Assembly: GCA_045594085.1 (NCBI GenBank)
Contig: JAZNXW010000020.1
Location: 5,768 to 69,767 of the forward strand
Length of the DNA stretch: 64,000 bases
From: Eubacteriales bacterium
GTDB taxonomy: Bacteria; Bacillota; Clostridia; Oscillospirales; CAG-272
Direction: 5' to 3'
Shown here: piece after piece, positions 1 through 9,521 of the stretch
Numbering within the stretch: the stretch's first letter is position 1
Layout of the letters: every line of letters starts with the position of its first letter
Notes under the pieces: generated by a model
The model's input: only the letters and a program-made list of their open reading frames with translations
Told to the model about the DNA's origin: nothing
The model's database searches: none
Position numbers and translations under genes: made by a program

Positions 1-505
1 CGAGCACGAGCACGTCGGGACGCATCGCGATGACTCCCGCCATCGCCGCCCGTCTTTTCTGTCCGCCCGAAAGCTCAAACGGAGATTTATCAAGCAGATC
101 CTCGGAAAGTCCGACAAATCTCGCCGCCTCAGCGATACGAGATGCGATTTCATCATCCGAAAGTCCCATATTCTTCGGGCCGAACGCGATATCGGCGCGT
201 ACCGTTTCATCGAAAAGCTGATATTCCGGATACTGCATCACAAGACCGACGCGGAATCTGACGTCGCGTATCTTTTTCGGATCCTCCCAGATGTCGCGTC
301 CGTCGAGATAGACCTTGCCCTCGTCGGGACGAAGGAGCCCGTTGAGCATATTAACGAGCGTCGATTTGCCCGATCCCGTATGTCCCATAAGGCCCGTCAC
401 GATGCCGTCGCGGAACGTGAGCGAGACATTGTCAAGTGCTTTTTTCTCATAAGGAGTACCCGCGCTGTACGTATAGCTTACGTTTTCGATCCTGATCTCA
501 CTCAT
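1..505 (-). CDS. ecfA2: ECF transporter ATPase subunit EcfA2, N-terminal part (3' end of the gene lies beyond the window start)
   Basis: Reverse translation from ATG at 505-503 reads MSEIRIENVSYTYSAGTPYEKKALDNVSLTFRDGIVTGLMGHTGSGKSTL... It has Walker A GHTGSGKST and signature LSGGQKRR. The start overlaps the ecfA1 stop (ATGAGTGA). It is absent from the ORF track because there is no stop in the window. Confidence 0.9.
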   Translation of the reverse strand, partial: MSEIRIENVSYTYSAGTPYEKKALDNVSLTFRDGIVTGLMGHTGSGKSTLVNMLNGLLRPDEGKVYLDGRDIWEDPKKIRDVRFRVGLVMQYPEYQLFDETVRADIAFGPKNMGLSDDEIASRIAEAARFVGLSEDLLDKSPFELSGGQKRRAAMAGVIAMRPDVLVL

Positions 506-1388
506 GGCGCGCTCCTTTCATACGGTCAAGCTCGTTTTTGATGTGTTCCGCCGTCTCTTTAGCAGAAAACACGCCCTTCGGGAAGTCAAATCCGTGACAT
601 GAGAGCTCATAAAGCAGAGCTGTTGATTGCGGAACGTCAAGGCCGATCCGTCTCAGCTCCGCGACGTGCGAGAACACCTCGGCAGGCGTTCCGTCAATGA
701 ACACGCGTCCGTGATCGAGCACGATGATCCTGTCCGCCATCGCCGCCTCGGACATATCGTGAGTGATGTGAATGATCGTGATCCCGAGCTCGCGGTTGAG
801 TCTGCCTATCGTATCCATAACCTCGCCGCGTCCGACGGGATCGAGCATCGCCGTCGATTCGTCAAAGATGATGCACTCGGGCATCATAGCGATGATACCC
901 GCGATGGCAACTCTCTGCTTTTGCCCGCCCGAAAGATGGGATGGCGAATGACGCGCATAATCAGACATTCCGACGGCGGCAAGCGCGCCGTCTACACGTT
1001 TGCGTATCTCCGCAGACGGAACTCCCAGATTTTCGGGACCAAACGCGATATCCTCCTCAACAATCGAGGAGACGATCTGATTGTCCGGATTCTGATGCAC
1101 CATACCGACCTTACGGCGAACAGCAAAAACAGTGTCCGCATCGGGCTCGCCCGCGTGCGACACAAGCTCTCCGTCCACGTAGATCTCGCCGGAATCGGGG
1201 ATGAGTATCATATTCAGTAATTTTGCGAAGGTCGATTTGCCCGATCCGTTGTGGCCGAGCACGGCGACAAAGCTGCCACGCTCTATCTCGAGAGAGACAT
1301 CGGAAAGCGCAGTAACTCTGTCCTCCGTGTCGTATCCGTCGTATGAATACGACAAACCGACTGTTTTGATGAAAATGTCACCGTTCAT
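498..1388 (-). CDS. ecfA1: ECF transporter ATPase subunit EcfA1 (CbiO-type ABC ATPase)
   Basis: 296-aa ORF with Walker A GHNGSGKST, signature LSGGQKQRVAIAG and Walker B IIFDESTAMLD. It lies in tandem with a second EcfA-type gene. Confidence 0.93.
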   Translation of the reverse strand: MNGDIFIKTVGLSYSYDGYDTEDRVTALSDVSLEIERGSFVAVLGHNGSGKSTFAKLLNMILIPDSGEIYVDGELVSHAGEPDADTVFAVRRKVGMVHQNPDNQIVSSIVEEDIAFGPENLGVPSAEIRKRVDGALAAVGMSDYARHSPSHLSGGQKQRVAIAGIIAMMPECIIFDESTAMLDPVGRGEVMDTIGRLNRELGITIIHITHDMSEAAMADRIIVLDHGRVFIDGTPAEVFSHVAELRRIGLDVPQSTALLYELSCHGFDFPKGVFSAKETAEHIKNELDRMKGARHE

Positions 1389-1406
1389 AACGAAATTCCG
1401 TAAAAT

Positions 1407-2276
1407 TTATTTTCTGTAGGTCCACCACGCCGATGCGCCTGCGGGAAGGAGCCCTCCCGTGGAGGTAACGGGGAGTGCAAGCTCGCCCGATTCAAGCACG
1501 CCACCGCGCTTTTCCGCGATCTCAACGCGGAGAATATACTCCATCGTGAGCGGAGAAAGTCCCGTCGTGTACGAGTTGACAAGGAAGAAAAGCGGACGGT
1601 CCGAAAGCAGGCGCGACGTGAGCGCGACGAGCTCGTGAATGCTCTCCTCGAGCTTCCACACCTCGCCCGACGGACCCCTGCCGTACGAGGGCGGATCCAT
1701 AATGATTCCGTCGTATCTGTTTCCGCGTCTGATCTCACGCTCGACAAACTTCTTGCAGTCATCGACGATATATCTTATCGGCGCATTGGCGAGGCCGGAC
1801 AAACGTGCGTTTTCCTTTGCCTCCGCGACCATACCCTTGGATGCGTCGACGTGGCACACGGATGCGCCCGCAGACGCGCAGGCTACAGTAGCACCGCCCG
1901 TATACGCAAACAAATTCAGAACGGACACCTTGCGCTTCTCGCCTCTGATGAGGTTACGCATCTTGTCCCAGTTGACGGCCTGCTCCGGAAAAAGTCCCGT
2001 ATGCTTGAATCCGGTGGGATGGATGCCGAAACGGAGTCCGTCATATTCGATCTCCCAGCGCTCGGGCATAGATTTCGAATCCTTCCATTCACCGCCGCCC
2101 TTGGACGAACGCTTGTAAACGCCGTGCGCCTTTTGCCATTCGGGACGCTTTTTGTCTGTTTTCCATATGATCTGCGGATCGGGACGCACGAGGATGTATT
2201 TACCCCATCTTTCAAGACGCTCTCCGTCCGAGGTATCTATAAGTTCATAATCCTTCCATTTATCGGATTTCCACAT
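1407..2276 (-). CDS. Class I SAM-dependent methyltransferase (RlmI/RlmK/YwbD-like RNA methyltransferase family)
   Basis: 289-aa ORF with SAM-binding motif VLNLFAYTGGATVA and catalytic-type IIMDPPSYGRG. Confidence 0.8.
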   Translation of the reverse strand: MWKSDKWKDYELIDTSDGERLERWGKYILVRPDPQIIWKTDKKRPEWQKAHGVYKRSSKGGGEWKDSKSMPERWEIEYDGLRFGIHPTGFKHTGLFPEQAVNWDKMRNLIRGEKRKVSVLNLFAYTGGATVACASAGASVCHVDASKGMVAEAKENARLSGLANAPIRYIVDDCKKFVEREIRRGNRYDGIIMDPPSYGRGPSGEVWKLEESIHELVALTSRLLSDRPLFFLVNSYTTGLSPLTMEYILRVEIAEKRGGVLESGELALPVTSTGGLLPAGASAWWTYRK

Positions 2277-2301
2277 AAAAAGTCTCCATTTTCTATGTAA
2301 A

Positions 2302-2799
2302 TCAGTTGTTGTAGTATTTTGCGATCAACGATCCGCGCGTGTTCGCGTGACAGATCGCGACAGCGAGTGCGTCTGCTGTATCATCGGGCTTCGGCGGCGC
2401 GGGCAGATGCAAAAACGACGTTACCATCGCGATGACCTGCTGCTTCGTTGCGCGTCCGTAGCCTGTAACGGCACTCTTGACCTGAAGCGGCGTGTATTCA
2501 AACAACTCGAGTCCGCGTTTGCGTGCCGTCATGATTATAACGCCGCGTGCCTCCGCAACTCTGATACCGGTTGTTTGGTTCGTGTTCCAGAAAAGCTCCT
2601 CGACCGCCATCTCGTCGGGATGAAAATGATTTATAATCGTCTCGAAATCGCGGTGCAGCGAAACGAGTCTGTCCTCTGTTTTCATTCCTGCGGGAGTCGT
2701 AGCGGAGCCGTACCCGAGGACACGTATTTTACCTTTATCGTATTCAATCGCACCCCATCCCGCAATAGCAAGTCCGGGGTCAACGCCGAGTATTACCAT
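2302..2799 (-). CDS. ruvC: Crossover junction endodeoxyribonuclease RuvC
   Basis: 165-aa ORF with N-terminal ILGVDPG, the YGRATKQQV region and C-terminal DDTADALAVAICH, all typical of RuvC. Confidence 0.93.
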   Translation of the reverse strand: MVILGVDPGLAIAGWGAIEYDKGKIRVLGYGSATTPAGMKTEDRLVSLHRDFETIINHFHPDEMAVEELFWNTNQTTGIRVAEARGVIIMTARKRGLELFEYTPLQVKSAVTGYGRATKQQVIAMVTSFLHLPAPPKPDDTADALAVAICHANTRGSLIAKYYNN

Positions 2800-3014
2800 T
2801 TAAGTCTCCGTTCATACCGTATGATATGATATAATTAATCAGTATATTATACCACAGTTACCTATACTTGTCAAAGACAATCGGTATTTAATATTTGAAG
2901 AAAGCTTGAACTTTTTGTTATTTCCTGCTGCGCTAACGCATCAAAACGCCACGGACTTGCGTTTTTCGTCAAACTGTGGTATGATATGGTGTAATTATAT
3001 TTGGGGAGCGCATT

Positions 3015-4847
3015 ATGCTTGAAAATATACATTCACCAAGTGATATAAAAAAACTTACATATGAACAGCTCGGTTCCCTCTCGGAGGAGATCCGTTCCGT
3101 CATCATCGATACGGTGTCAAACGGCGGCGGTCATCTCGCATCCAATCTGGGAATCGTTGAAACAACTCTCGCTCTGCACCGCGTATTCTCGACTCCTGAG
3201 GACAAGATCATTTTCGACGTCAGCCATCAGTCGTATGCGCATAAGCTCATAACGGGCAGATACGACCGCTTTCACACTCTCCGCAAATACGGCGGTATCT
3301 CGGGCTTCACCGACAGAAACGAATCTCCTCACGACACGGTAACGGTCGGTCACAGCGGAAGCTCCGTTTCGACAGCACTCGGCATCGCCGAGGCTAACAA
3401 GGCCGCCAAAAACGACAGCTACACAGTAGCCGTCGTCGGTGACGGATCATTCACAAACGGTATGATCTACGAGGCGATCAACACCTGCGCCGACTGCAGA
3501 TCGCTGAATCTGCTTATCGTTCTGAACGACAACGAAATGTCGATCACTAAAAACGTCGGCGGCATGACGCAGTATCTGTCGCGCGTCAGAACGAGCCGAG
3601 GGTACCTCAATCTGAAGCACTCGCTTGAAAGCTTCCTTTCGAAAATCCCTGTCGTCGGCTGGGGCTTCGCACGATTCCTAAAATGGTGGAAGGATATGCT
3701 CAAGAGCATATTCATCAAAGACACTCTTTTCGAAAATCTCGGAATCCCCTACATCGGTCCCGTTGACGGACACGACACCGAAAAGCTTGAGGCTGTATTC
3801 GAGGAAACAAAGAACCGCGGCGGATGCGCTCTCGTCCACGTCATCACCAAAAAGGGCAAGGGCTACGAAAACGCCGAAAACACGCCCGAGCATTACCACT
3901 CAACAGGCAAATTCAACCCCTCCGTCGGCACATCCTCATCGGGATCCGCATCCTTTACGTCTGTTTTCGGTGACATTATGTGCCGCGAGGCAGAAAAGGA
4001 CGATAAGATCTACGCCATAACCGGCGCGATGCGCGACGGAGTCGGTCTCGGACGCTACTCCGAGCTCTATCCCGACCGATACCGCGACGTCGGCATAGCC
4101 GAGGAGCACGCCGTAACCTTCGCGGGCGGACTCGCGCTCGGCGGTATGAATCCCGTCTGCGCGCTCTACTCCACCTTCGCACAGCGAACCTTCGATCAAC
4201 TTTTCCATGACGTATCGCTGCAGGGTGCGCACATCACCCTCGCGCTCGACCATTGCGGTCTTGTCGGAGGCGACGGATACACACATCAAGGCATTTATGA
4301 CGTCTCGATTTTCTCCGTCATACCGAACGTCACCGTATATGCCCCCGAAACGTATGCGGAGCTTGAAAGCTCGCTTCTTGACGCGCTCGGCGGAGACGGA
4401 ATCGGCATTGTTCGTTATCCGAAGGGGAAAGAGATAGACTACGACAGATCCGCGTTCGTCGGAGACGGCGTGAAGTACACTCTGCCCAACACAGACGTTG
4501 ACGCCGTCATTGTGACGTACGGCATCATCACCGCAGAGGCAGTGAAAGCCGCTTCCCTGCTTGCAAACAGATACAAAGTCCGCGTAGTGAAGCTGACGAA
4601 GATCCACCCCATCGATACCTCCTCCGTCGCAAGTCTTACGGACGGTGCGCGCCGCGTCTACGTCCTTTCGGAGGATGCGGTTGCGGGCGGTGTCGGTGAA
4701 AAGCTCGCGTCCGCAATCGAACGTCCCGTTACCGCTGTCGGAATCGGTGACGAATTCATCCCGCACGGCGAAAGATCCGACCTTCTCCGGCGTCTCGGTC
4801 TCGACGCGGAAAGCGTTGTGGACAGAATCGCACATGATCTTGAATAA
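3015..4847 (+). CDS. dxs: 1-deoxy-D-xylulose-5-phosphate synthase
   Basis: 610-aa ORF with GGHLASNLGIVETTLALH, TPP motif GDGSFTNGM...LNDN, and transketolase pyrimidine-binding and C-terminal domains. Confidence 0.96.
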   Translation: MLENIHSPSDIKKLTYEQLGSLSEEIRSVIIDTVSNGGGHLASNLGIVETTLALHRVFSTPEDKIIFDVSHQSYAHKLITGRYDRFHTLRKYGGISGFTDRNESPHDTVTVGHSGSSVSTALGIAEANKAAKNDSYTVAVVGDGSFTNGMIYEAINTCADCRSLNLLIVLNDNEMSITKNVGGMTQYLSRVRTSRGYLNLKHSLESFLSKIPVVGWGFARFLKWWKDMLKSIFIKDTLFENLGIPYIGPVDGHDTEKLEAVFEETKNRGGCALVHVITKKGKGYENAENTPEHYHSTGKFNPSVGTSSSGSASFTSVFGDIMCREAEKDDKIYAITGAMRDGVGLGRYSELYPDRYRDVGIAEEHAVTFAGGLALGGMNPVCALYSTFAQRTFDQLFHDVSLQGAHITLALDHCGLVGGDGYTHQGIYDVSIFSVIPNVTVYAPETYAELESSLLDALGGDGIGIVRYPKGKEIDYDRSAFVGDGVKYTLPNTDVDAVIVTYGIITAEAVKAASLLANRYKVRVVKLTKIHPIDTSSVASLTDGARRVYVLSEDAVAGGVGEKLASAIERPVTAVGIGDEFIPHGERSDLLRRLGLDAESVVDRIAHDLE

Positions 4848-4862
4848 TGCAAAGAGCAAAAC

Positions 4863-4895
4863 AAAAAAATCCGCCCTCCCGGGCGGATTTTTGTT
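4863..4895. terminator. Bidirectional intrinsic terminator between dxs and trkH
   Basis: A-run, then hairpin ATCCGCCC-TCCC-GGGCGGAT, then T-run. Confidence 0.8.
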
Positions 4896-4938
4896 ATTGT
4901 GATTGAAAATATGCGATCGGTGGTCAGCTCCGTCCGCT

Positions 4939-6522
4939 TTATACCTTTTTCCAGGTTCTCGTATTAAACAGTATCAGAACAGGCAAAATTTCAAGTCTGC
5001 CAAGCATCATAATAAATGTCAGGATAACTGTGGAAAAATCATTGTATCCCGCAAAGCTTGAATACGGGCCTACTGCTTCAAATGCCGGTCCGACGTTGGA
5101 TATACAGGCCAGCACTGCCGAAAAATTACTGAAGAATCCGTGCTCTACCTCATAGCTTCCCGCATCCGAAGCAACGGTGACGAGCTGACCGTTTATACCG
5201 TCAAACGACAGCAGGAATATTCCCGCCACGAATATGAAGAAATAAAGCGTGATAAAAGCGAACACGTCGTTGATGGTCTTTTGCTCCAACGTTTTGCCTT
5301 CAAACTTCACCTTCGGCACGTAACGAGGATTGATGAGCTTACGGACGTTGATATAGGCTCCCTTCATTGCCATTATGATACGGGAGACCTTGATACCGCC
5401 TGCTGTGGAGCCTGCCATACCCCCGATGAACATAACAACGACAAGTGAGGTCTTGGCAAGCATAGGCCAAACGTCATAGTCGGTGGTGGTGAAGCCCGCC
5501 GTAGTAATCAACGAGGAGACTTGGAACAGCGAATGTCTGAACGCCTCTTCGGTCGTGTAAACCTGCGGGAACGCTTCAATTTTTCCTACAAGGCTCAAGA
5601 ATACGAACCCAACCGCCGCTACGATTATCAACAGATAACTTCTGAATTCCTCGCTGCGGAGCACATCATTGACCTTACCTATCAAAAGCAGATAATACAA
5701 ACTGAAATTGACGCCGAATAAGATGAGGAAAATCGATACCACGTATTGCGCAAAGGGAGTGAAATATTCGGCGCTGCTCGGGATACAACCGAATCCGCCC
5801 GTTCCGGCACATCCGAAAGATGTAAGAAACGCGTGGAACACCTTATCGTTCCGATAAGCGGTGGCTGCTTCAACGCCAAAATCGTTACACATGGCAGCGT
5901 AATCCGTTATAGGTCCGCAACACATAACAACAATCTGAAGCGCAGTCATACCGAAATAAATGAGGTACAGAATTCGCGTTGTTACCTTCATCTTGGAAAC
6001 GATCTTGCCGACCTGCGGTCCCGGGCTTTCCGCGCGGAGCAGATGCATGGAAGAGCCGTCGTCGCTTTCCGGAATGAAAATCAGCACGAACACAAGGATA
6101 CCCATACCGCCGATCCAATGAGAGAAGCTCCGCCAAAACAGCGTGGAATGAGATACCGCCGTTATATCGGTAATAATGCTTGAGCCGGTAGTTGAAAAGC
6201 CCGACATAATTTCAAAGCAAGCATCCACATAGCTGGGGATATCTCCGTTGATAACAAACGGAATTGCACCGAACAAGGTCATAACGATCCAGACCATTGT
6301 CGTAAGAGCAAAGCCTTCTTTTTGATAAAGATTGTTTCGCTCGGGCTTCGGGATCTGAAGCAACAATCCGATCACCGTCAAGGCGATTATAGGAACCGAA
6401 AATGCTAAAATATTTACAAATGACTCTTTGTAGATAAAGCAGATCGCCAGAGGCGCCAGCATCAGGACAGCCTCCAGAATCATGATCTTACCCAAGATCC
6501 TGCCTAATTTCTTGTATTCCAT
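4939..6522 (-). CDS. trkH: TrkH/KtrB-family potassium uptake membrane subunit
   Basis: 527-aa polytopic protein with four pore-loop glycine motifs (SGFSTTGS, GCAGTGGFG, ITTAGFTT, GSTAGGIKV). It is adjacent to trkA. Confidence 0.92.
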   Translation of the reverse strand: MEYKKLGRILGKIMILEAVLMLAPLAICFIYKESFVNILAFSVPIIALTVIGLLLQIPKPERNNLYQKEGFALTTMVWIVMTLFGAIPFVINGDIPSYVDACFEIMSGFSTTGSSIITDITAVSHSTLFWRSFSHWIGGMGILVFVLIFIPESDDGSSMHLLRAESPGPQVGKIVSKMKVTTRILYLIYFGMTALQIVVMCCGPITDYAAMCNDFGVEAATAYRNDKVFHAFLTSFGCAGTGGFGCIPSSAEYFTPFAQYVVSIFLILFGVNFSLYYLLLIGKVNDVLRSEEFRSYLLIIVAAVGFVFLSLVGKIEAFPQVYTTEEAFRHSLFQVSSLITTAGFTTTDYDVWPMLAKTSLVVVMFIGGMAGSTAGGIKVSRIIMAMKGAYINVRKLINPRYVPKVKFEGKTLEQKTINDVFAFITLYFFIFVAGIFLLSFDGINGQLVTVASDAGSYEVEHGFFSNFSAVLACISNVGPAFEAVGPYSSFAGYNDFSTVILTFIMMLGRLEILPVLILFNTRTWKKV

Positions 6523-6531
6523 AACGCCGCC

Positions 6532-7887
6532 TTACTCGATCACGTCGTTCAGATCGTCAAAGTTTTTGTGGGTTGTTACTACTACGACGTTATCTCCCAG
6601 ACGGATCTCGGAATTACCGTTGGGAATAATGACTTCGTTTTTGCGGATAATGCATGCAATCAGGCAATTCTTTTTCATATTCAATTCCCGAAGAGGCTTA
6701 TCGTAGAAATCCTCTTTTTTGGTTGCGGCAAACTCCAGAGCCTCCACGTTGTTATTGACAAGCTGATACAAGGTCAGAACCTTACTGCCTACCGTGTTGG
6801 CAAGCGCGCGGATATAGCTGATGATCCTGCCTGCAACAACATGCTTCGGAGAAACGTTGTTTTCAATACCAAGCTCATCGAGCATACCGTAAAGGTCGTC
6901 GCTCTTTATCAGAGTAATGGATTTCTTGACCTTCTTCTTTTTCGCGAACATCGAAACGATCATATTTTCTTCGTCAATGCCTGTCAAAGCGACAAAAGCA
7001 TCCATCGCCTCTATGCCCTCCTCGAGCAGCACGTCGTGCTGTGTGCCGTTGCCGCAAATTACGGTTGCACGGGGCAGAAGCTCTGCAAGCTCCTCTGCGA
7101 CATCGGGATCGTCTTCAAGCAGCTTGACGGCATACTTCTTTTTGGACAAGGCATCGGCAAGATAATATCCGATGCGTCTTCCGCCGACAATCATAATATT
7201 TTTCAGGGGCGACTTTACGAGATTCACTTCCGACAGAAAATCACCGAGAGATCTGGCGTCTGCTGTAAAGTGGATCCTGTCTCCCACCTCAATTCTGAAA
7301 TTACCTGAAGGAATTATAACCTCATCTCCTCGCTGTACGGCACAGATAAGAACCTTTGTCGTAAGCTTCTGACCGAGAGATATGAGAGTCTCGCCGACAA
7401 GCAAGCAGCCTTTTTCCGCCACAACCTCGACAAGAGACACTCTTCCGTTTGCAAAATGCTCGATTCCGTTGACAGACGGCAGGTTAATGATATTGAATAT
7501 CTCGTTTGCCATCTCTTGCTCGGGATTGACGATCATTGCGATGCCGAGATCGTCCTTCATCTCCAAGATCTGTTTTCTGTAATCGGGATTGCGCACACGG
7601 GCGATCGTATTCTTTACGCCGTTCTTTTTTGCAACAAGGCAAGCGAACACGTTCAGCTCATCGCTGTTGGTCAAAACGATGGCAAGATCCGCGTCCTTCA
7701 TCTTCGCTTCTTTTTGGATGTCCATACAAGCACCGTTTCCGACAACGCCGAATACGTCGTATTTCTCTATGAGGCTCTCCACCTTGTTTTTCTCTTCATC
7801 AATGATCGTTATGGTGTGTCCCTCACCGGAGAGATTTTTAAGTATTGTCTTGCCTATTGTGCCAAGACCGATAATAACTATTTTCAT
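6532..7887 (-). CDS. trkA: Trk system potassium uptake protein TrkA (tandem RCK domains)
   Basis: 451-aa ORF with two Rossmann GxGxxG motifs (IIGLGTIGK and IVGGRRIGY), each followed by an RCK_C-like segment. Confidence 0.93.
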   Translation of the reverse strand: MKIVIIGLGTIGKTILKNLSGEGHTITIIDEEKNKVESLIEKYDVFGVVGNGACMDIQKEAKMKDADLAIVLTNSDELNVFACLVAKKNGVKNTIARVRNPDYRKQILEMKDDLGIAMIVNPEQEMANEIFNIINLPSVNGIEHFANGRVSLVEVVAEKGCLLVGETLISLGQKLTTKVLICAVQRGDEVIIPSGNFRIEVGDRIHFTADARSLGDFLSEVNLVKSPLKNIMIVGGRRIGYYLADALSKKKYAVKLLEDDPDVAEELAELLPRATVICGNGTQHDVLLEEGIEAMDAFVALTGIDEENMIVSMFAKKKKVKKSITLIKSDDLYGMLDELGIENNVSPKHVVAGRIISYIRALANTVGSKVLTLYQLVNNNVEALEFAATKKEDFYDKPLRELNMKKNCLIACIIRKNEVIIPNGNSEIRLGDNVVVVTTHKNFDDLNDVIE

Positions 7888-7982
7888 TTTGATTCATCTT
7901 CCTTCCCTTAAAAGCTGCTTTCCGCATTTTTTCGAAGAATGTATGTCCCCGCAAGCACCGACACAAGTGCTCTTGGGTGTTT

Positions 7983-9227
7983 TTATTTCTTTTCGCCCTT
8001 GATCTGCTCCCAATACTGTGCCGCGGCGCGCTCGGTCTTATTGTCACCAAAGCGGTAGTATTTCCTGTCCTTCAGCTCATCGGGCAGATACTGCTGGCGG
8101 ACATAATCATTCGGATAGTCGTGAGGGTACTTATATCCCTTGAAAAGAGGTGAGCGCAAGTGATCGGGAATGCTCTGTCCCAGACCAGCATTGACGTCCT
8201 CCATCGCGGCGTTCATCGCGGAATACGCGGTATTGGATTTCGGCGCGGTCGCAAGCATAACTGCCGCGTTGGCAAGCGGAACTCTTGCCTCGGGCATACC
8301 GAGCTGCTTTGCCGCCTCACAGCACGAATACGTTATCATCGCCGCCATCGGATACGCGGCACCGACGTCCTCACTTGCAATAACGAGCAAGCGTCTGCAT
8401 ACGGAAATGATATCTCCGCCCACAAGGAGCCTTGCAACGTAGAAAACAGCCGCATCGGGATCCGATCCGCGAATCGACTTCTGAAGCGCGGACAGAAGAT
8501 CGTAATGTACATCTCCGTCGCGGTCAAAATTGCCGAGAGATGACGGGGACAGCGCATCGAAATCCTCCGACGTCAGCTCACCGTCCGCGATATAAAACGC
8601 ATTTTCGAGAAGCGTGATTCCGTGACGCACGTCGCCTGCGGCATAGTCCGCAAGCTTCGTAAGCACCTCATCAGTTGCCGTTACCTCGCGTCCCTCCGAC
8701 TTACACATATACGAAAGCGCGCGTCGGAGTGCGGGAACAAGCTCCGATGACGGAACCGGACGGAACTCAAACACACTCGAACGTGAGAGAAGCGCCGAAT
8801 AGATGAAATGATACGGATTTTCCGTTGTGGACGCGATCAGAGTGATGCGTCCGTCCTCTATGTATTCAAGCAGAGATTGCTGCTGTTTTTTGTTGAAGTA
8901 CTGTATCTCGTCAAGGTAAAGCAATATGCCGCCCGAACCGAAAATATCGTTTGTACGGGATGCGACCTCCTTGACGTCGGAAAGCGACGCCGTCGTTGCG
9001 TTCAGTCGGTAAAGCGTCATCCCCGAATTCTTCGCGATGATATCCGCCGCCGTCGTCTTACCGGTACCGGGAGGACCGTAAAATATCATATTTGTGATGC
9101 GTCCCGCATCAATAAGGCGGCGGAGCGCGCCTTTTTCTCCGAAAAGGTGGCGCTGACCGACCATATCCTCAAAGCTTTTGGGACGCATAACGTCCGCAAG
9201 CGGTTGATTTTTCATTGTCATCTCCAA
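7983..9227 (-). CDS. rarA: Replication-associated recombination protein A (MgsA/RarA AAA+ ATPase)
   Basis: 414-aa ORF with Walker A GPPGTGKTT, Walker B LLYLDEIQ and a MgsA-type C-terminal helical domain. Confidence 0.93.
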   Translation of the reverse strand: MEMTMKNQPLADVMRPKSFEDMVGQRHLFGEKGALRRLIDAGRITNMIFYGPPGTGKTTAADIIAKNSGMTLYRLNATTASLSDVKEVASRTNDIFGSGGILLYLDEIQYFNKKQQQSLLEYIEDGRITLIASTTENPYHFIYSALLSRSSVFEFRPVPSSELVPALRRALSYMCKSEGREVTATDEVLTKLADYAAGDVRHGITLLENAFYIADGELTSEDFDALSPSSLGNFDRDGDVHYDLLSALQKSIRGSDPDAAVFYVARLLVGGDIISVCRRLLVIASEDVGAAYPMAAMITYSCCEAAKQLGMPEARVPLANAAVMLATAPKSNTAYSAMNAAMEDVNAGLGQSIPDHLRSPLFKGYKYPHDYPNDYVRQQYLPDELKDRKYYRFGDNKTERAAAQYWEQIKGEKK

Positions 9228-9305
9228 TTAACGTTGATTTATATAATTATACAGCCAAGCTCGAAAATAGTAAAGTAAAATCGAAAATAAAATTCCTTTT
9301 TACAA

Positions 9306-9377
9306 AAGCAAAAAAGCCCTCGGAGATCCCATTCTCCGAAGGCGCGGCTGCGAGCGCCGACAAATGGCCCGCAACAT
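9306..9377 (-). ncRNA. Candidate small RNA (about 70 nt), function unknown
   Basis: It follows the promoter at 9382-9411. It has a GGCGC-N8-GCGCC hairpin, then an 11-bp hairpin (9316-9343, one C.A mismatch) followed by U6 (A-run 9310-9315 on the plus strand). There is no ORF. Confidence 0.35.
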
Positions 9378-9381
9378 TTTA

Positions 9382-9411
9382 ATTATAGCATAGGTTCACG
9401 ACGGATTGCAA
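9382..9411 (-). promoter_or_regulatory. Sigma-A-type promoter (TTGCAA-18-TATAAT) on the minus strand
   Basis: The reverse complement of 9406-9411 is TTGCAA and of 9382-9387 is TATAAT, with an 18-nt spacer. Confidence 0.5.
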
Positions 9412-9486
9412 CACTTTTTTGTGCATCTCTTATACTTTCTCCGTTTTTCACAAAAACGAACCGTGAATTTCATACAAAATACCATA

Positions 9487-9515
9487 TTGCAATAGATGCA
9501 AAAATGTGATACAAT
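9487..9515 (+). promoter_or_regulatory. Sigma-A-type promoter with extended -10 (TTGCAA-17-TGaTACAAT)
   Basis: TTGCAA at 9487-9492, a 17-nt spacer ending in TGa, and TACAAT at 9510-9515. Confidence 0.55.
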
Positions 9516-9521
9516 AAAGTC

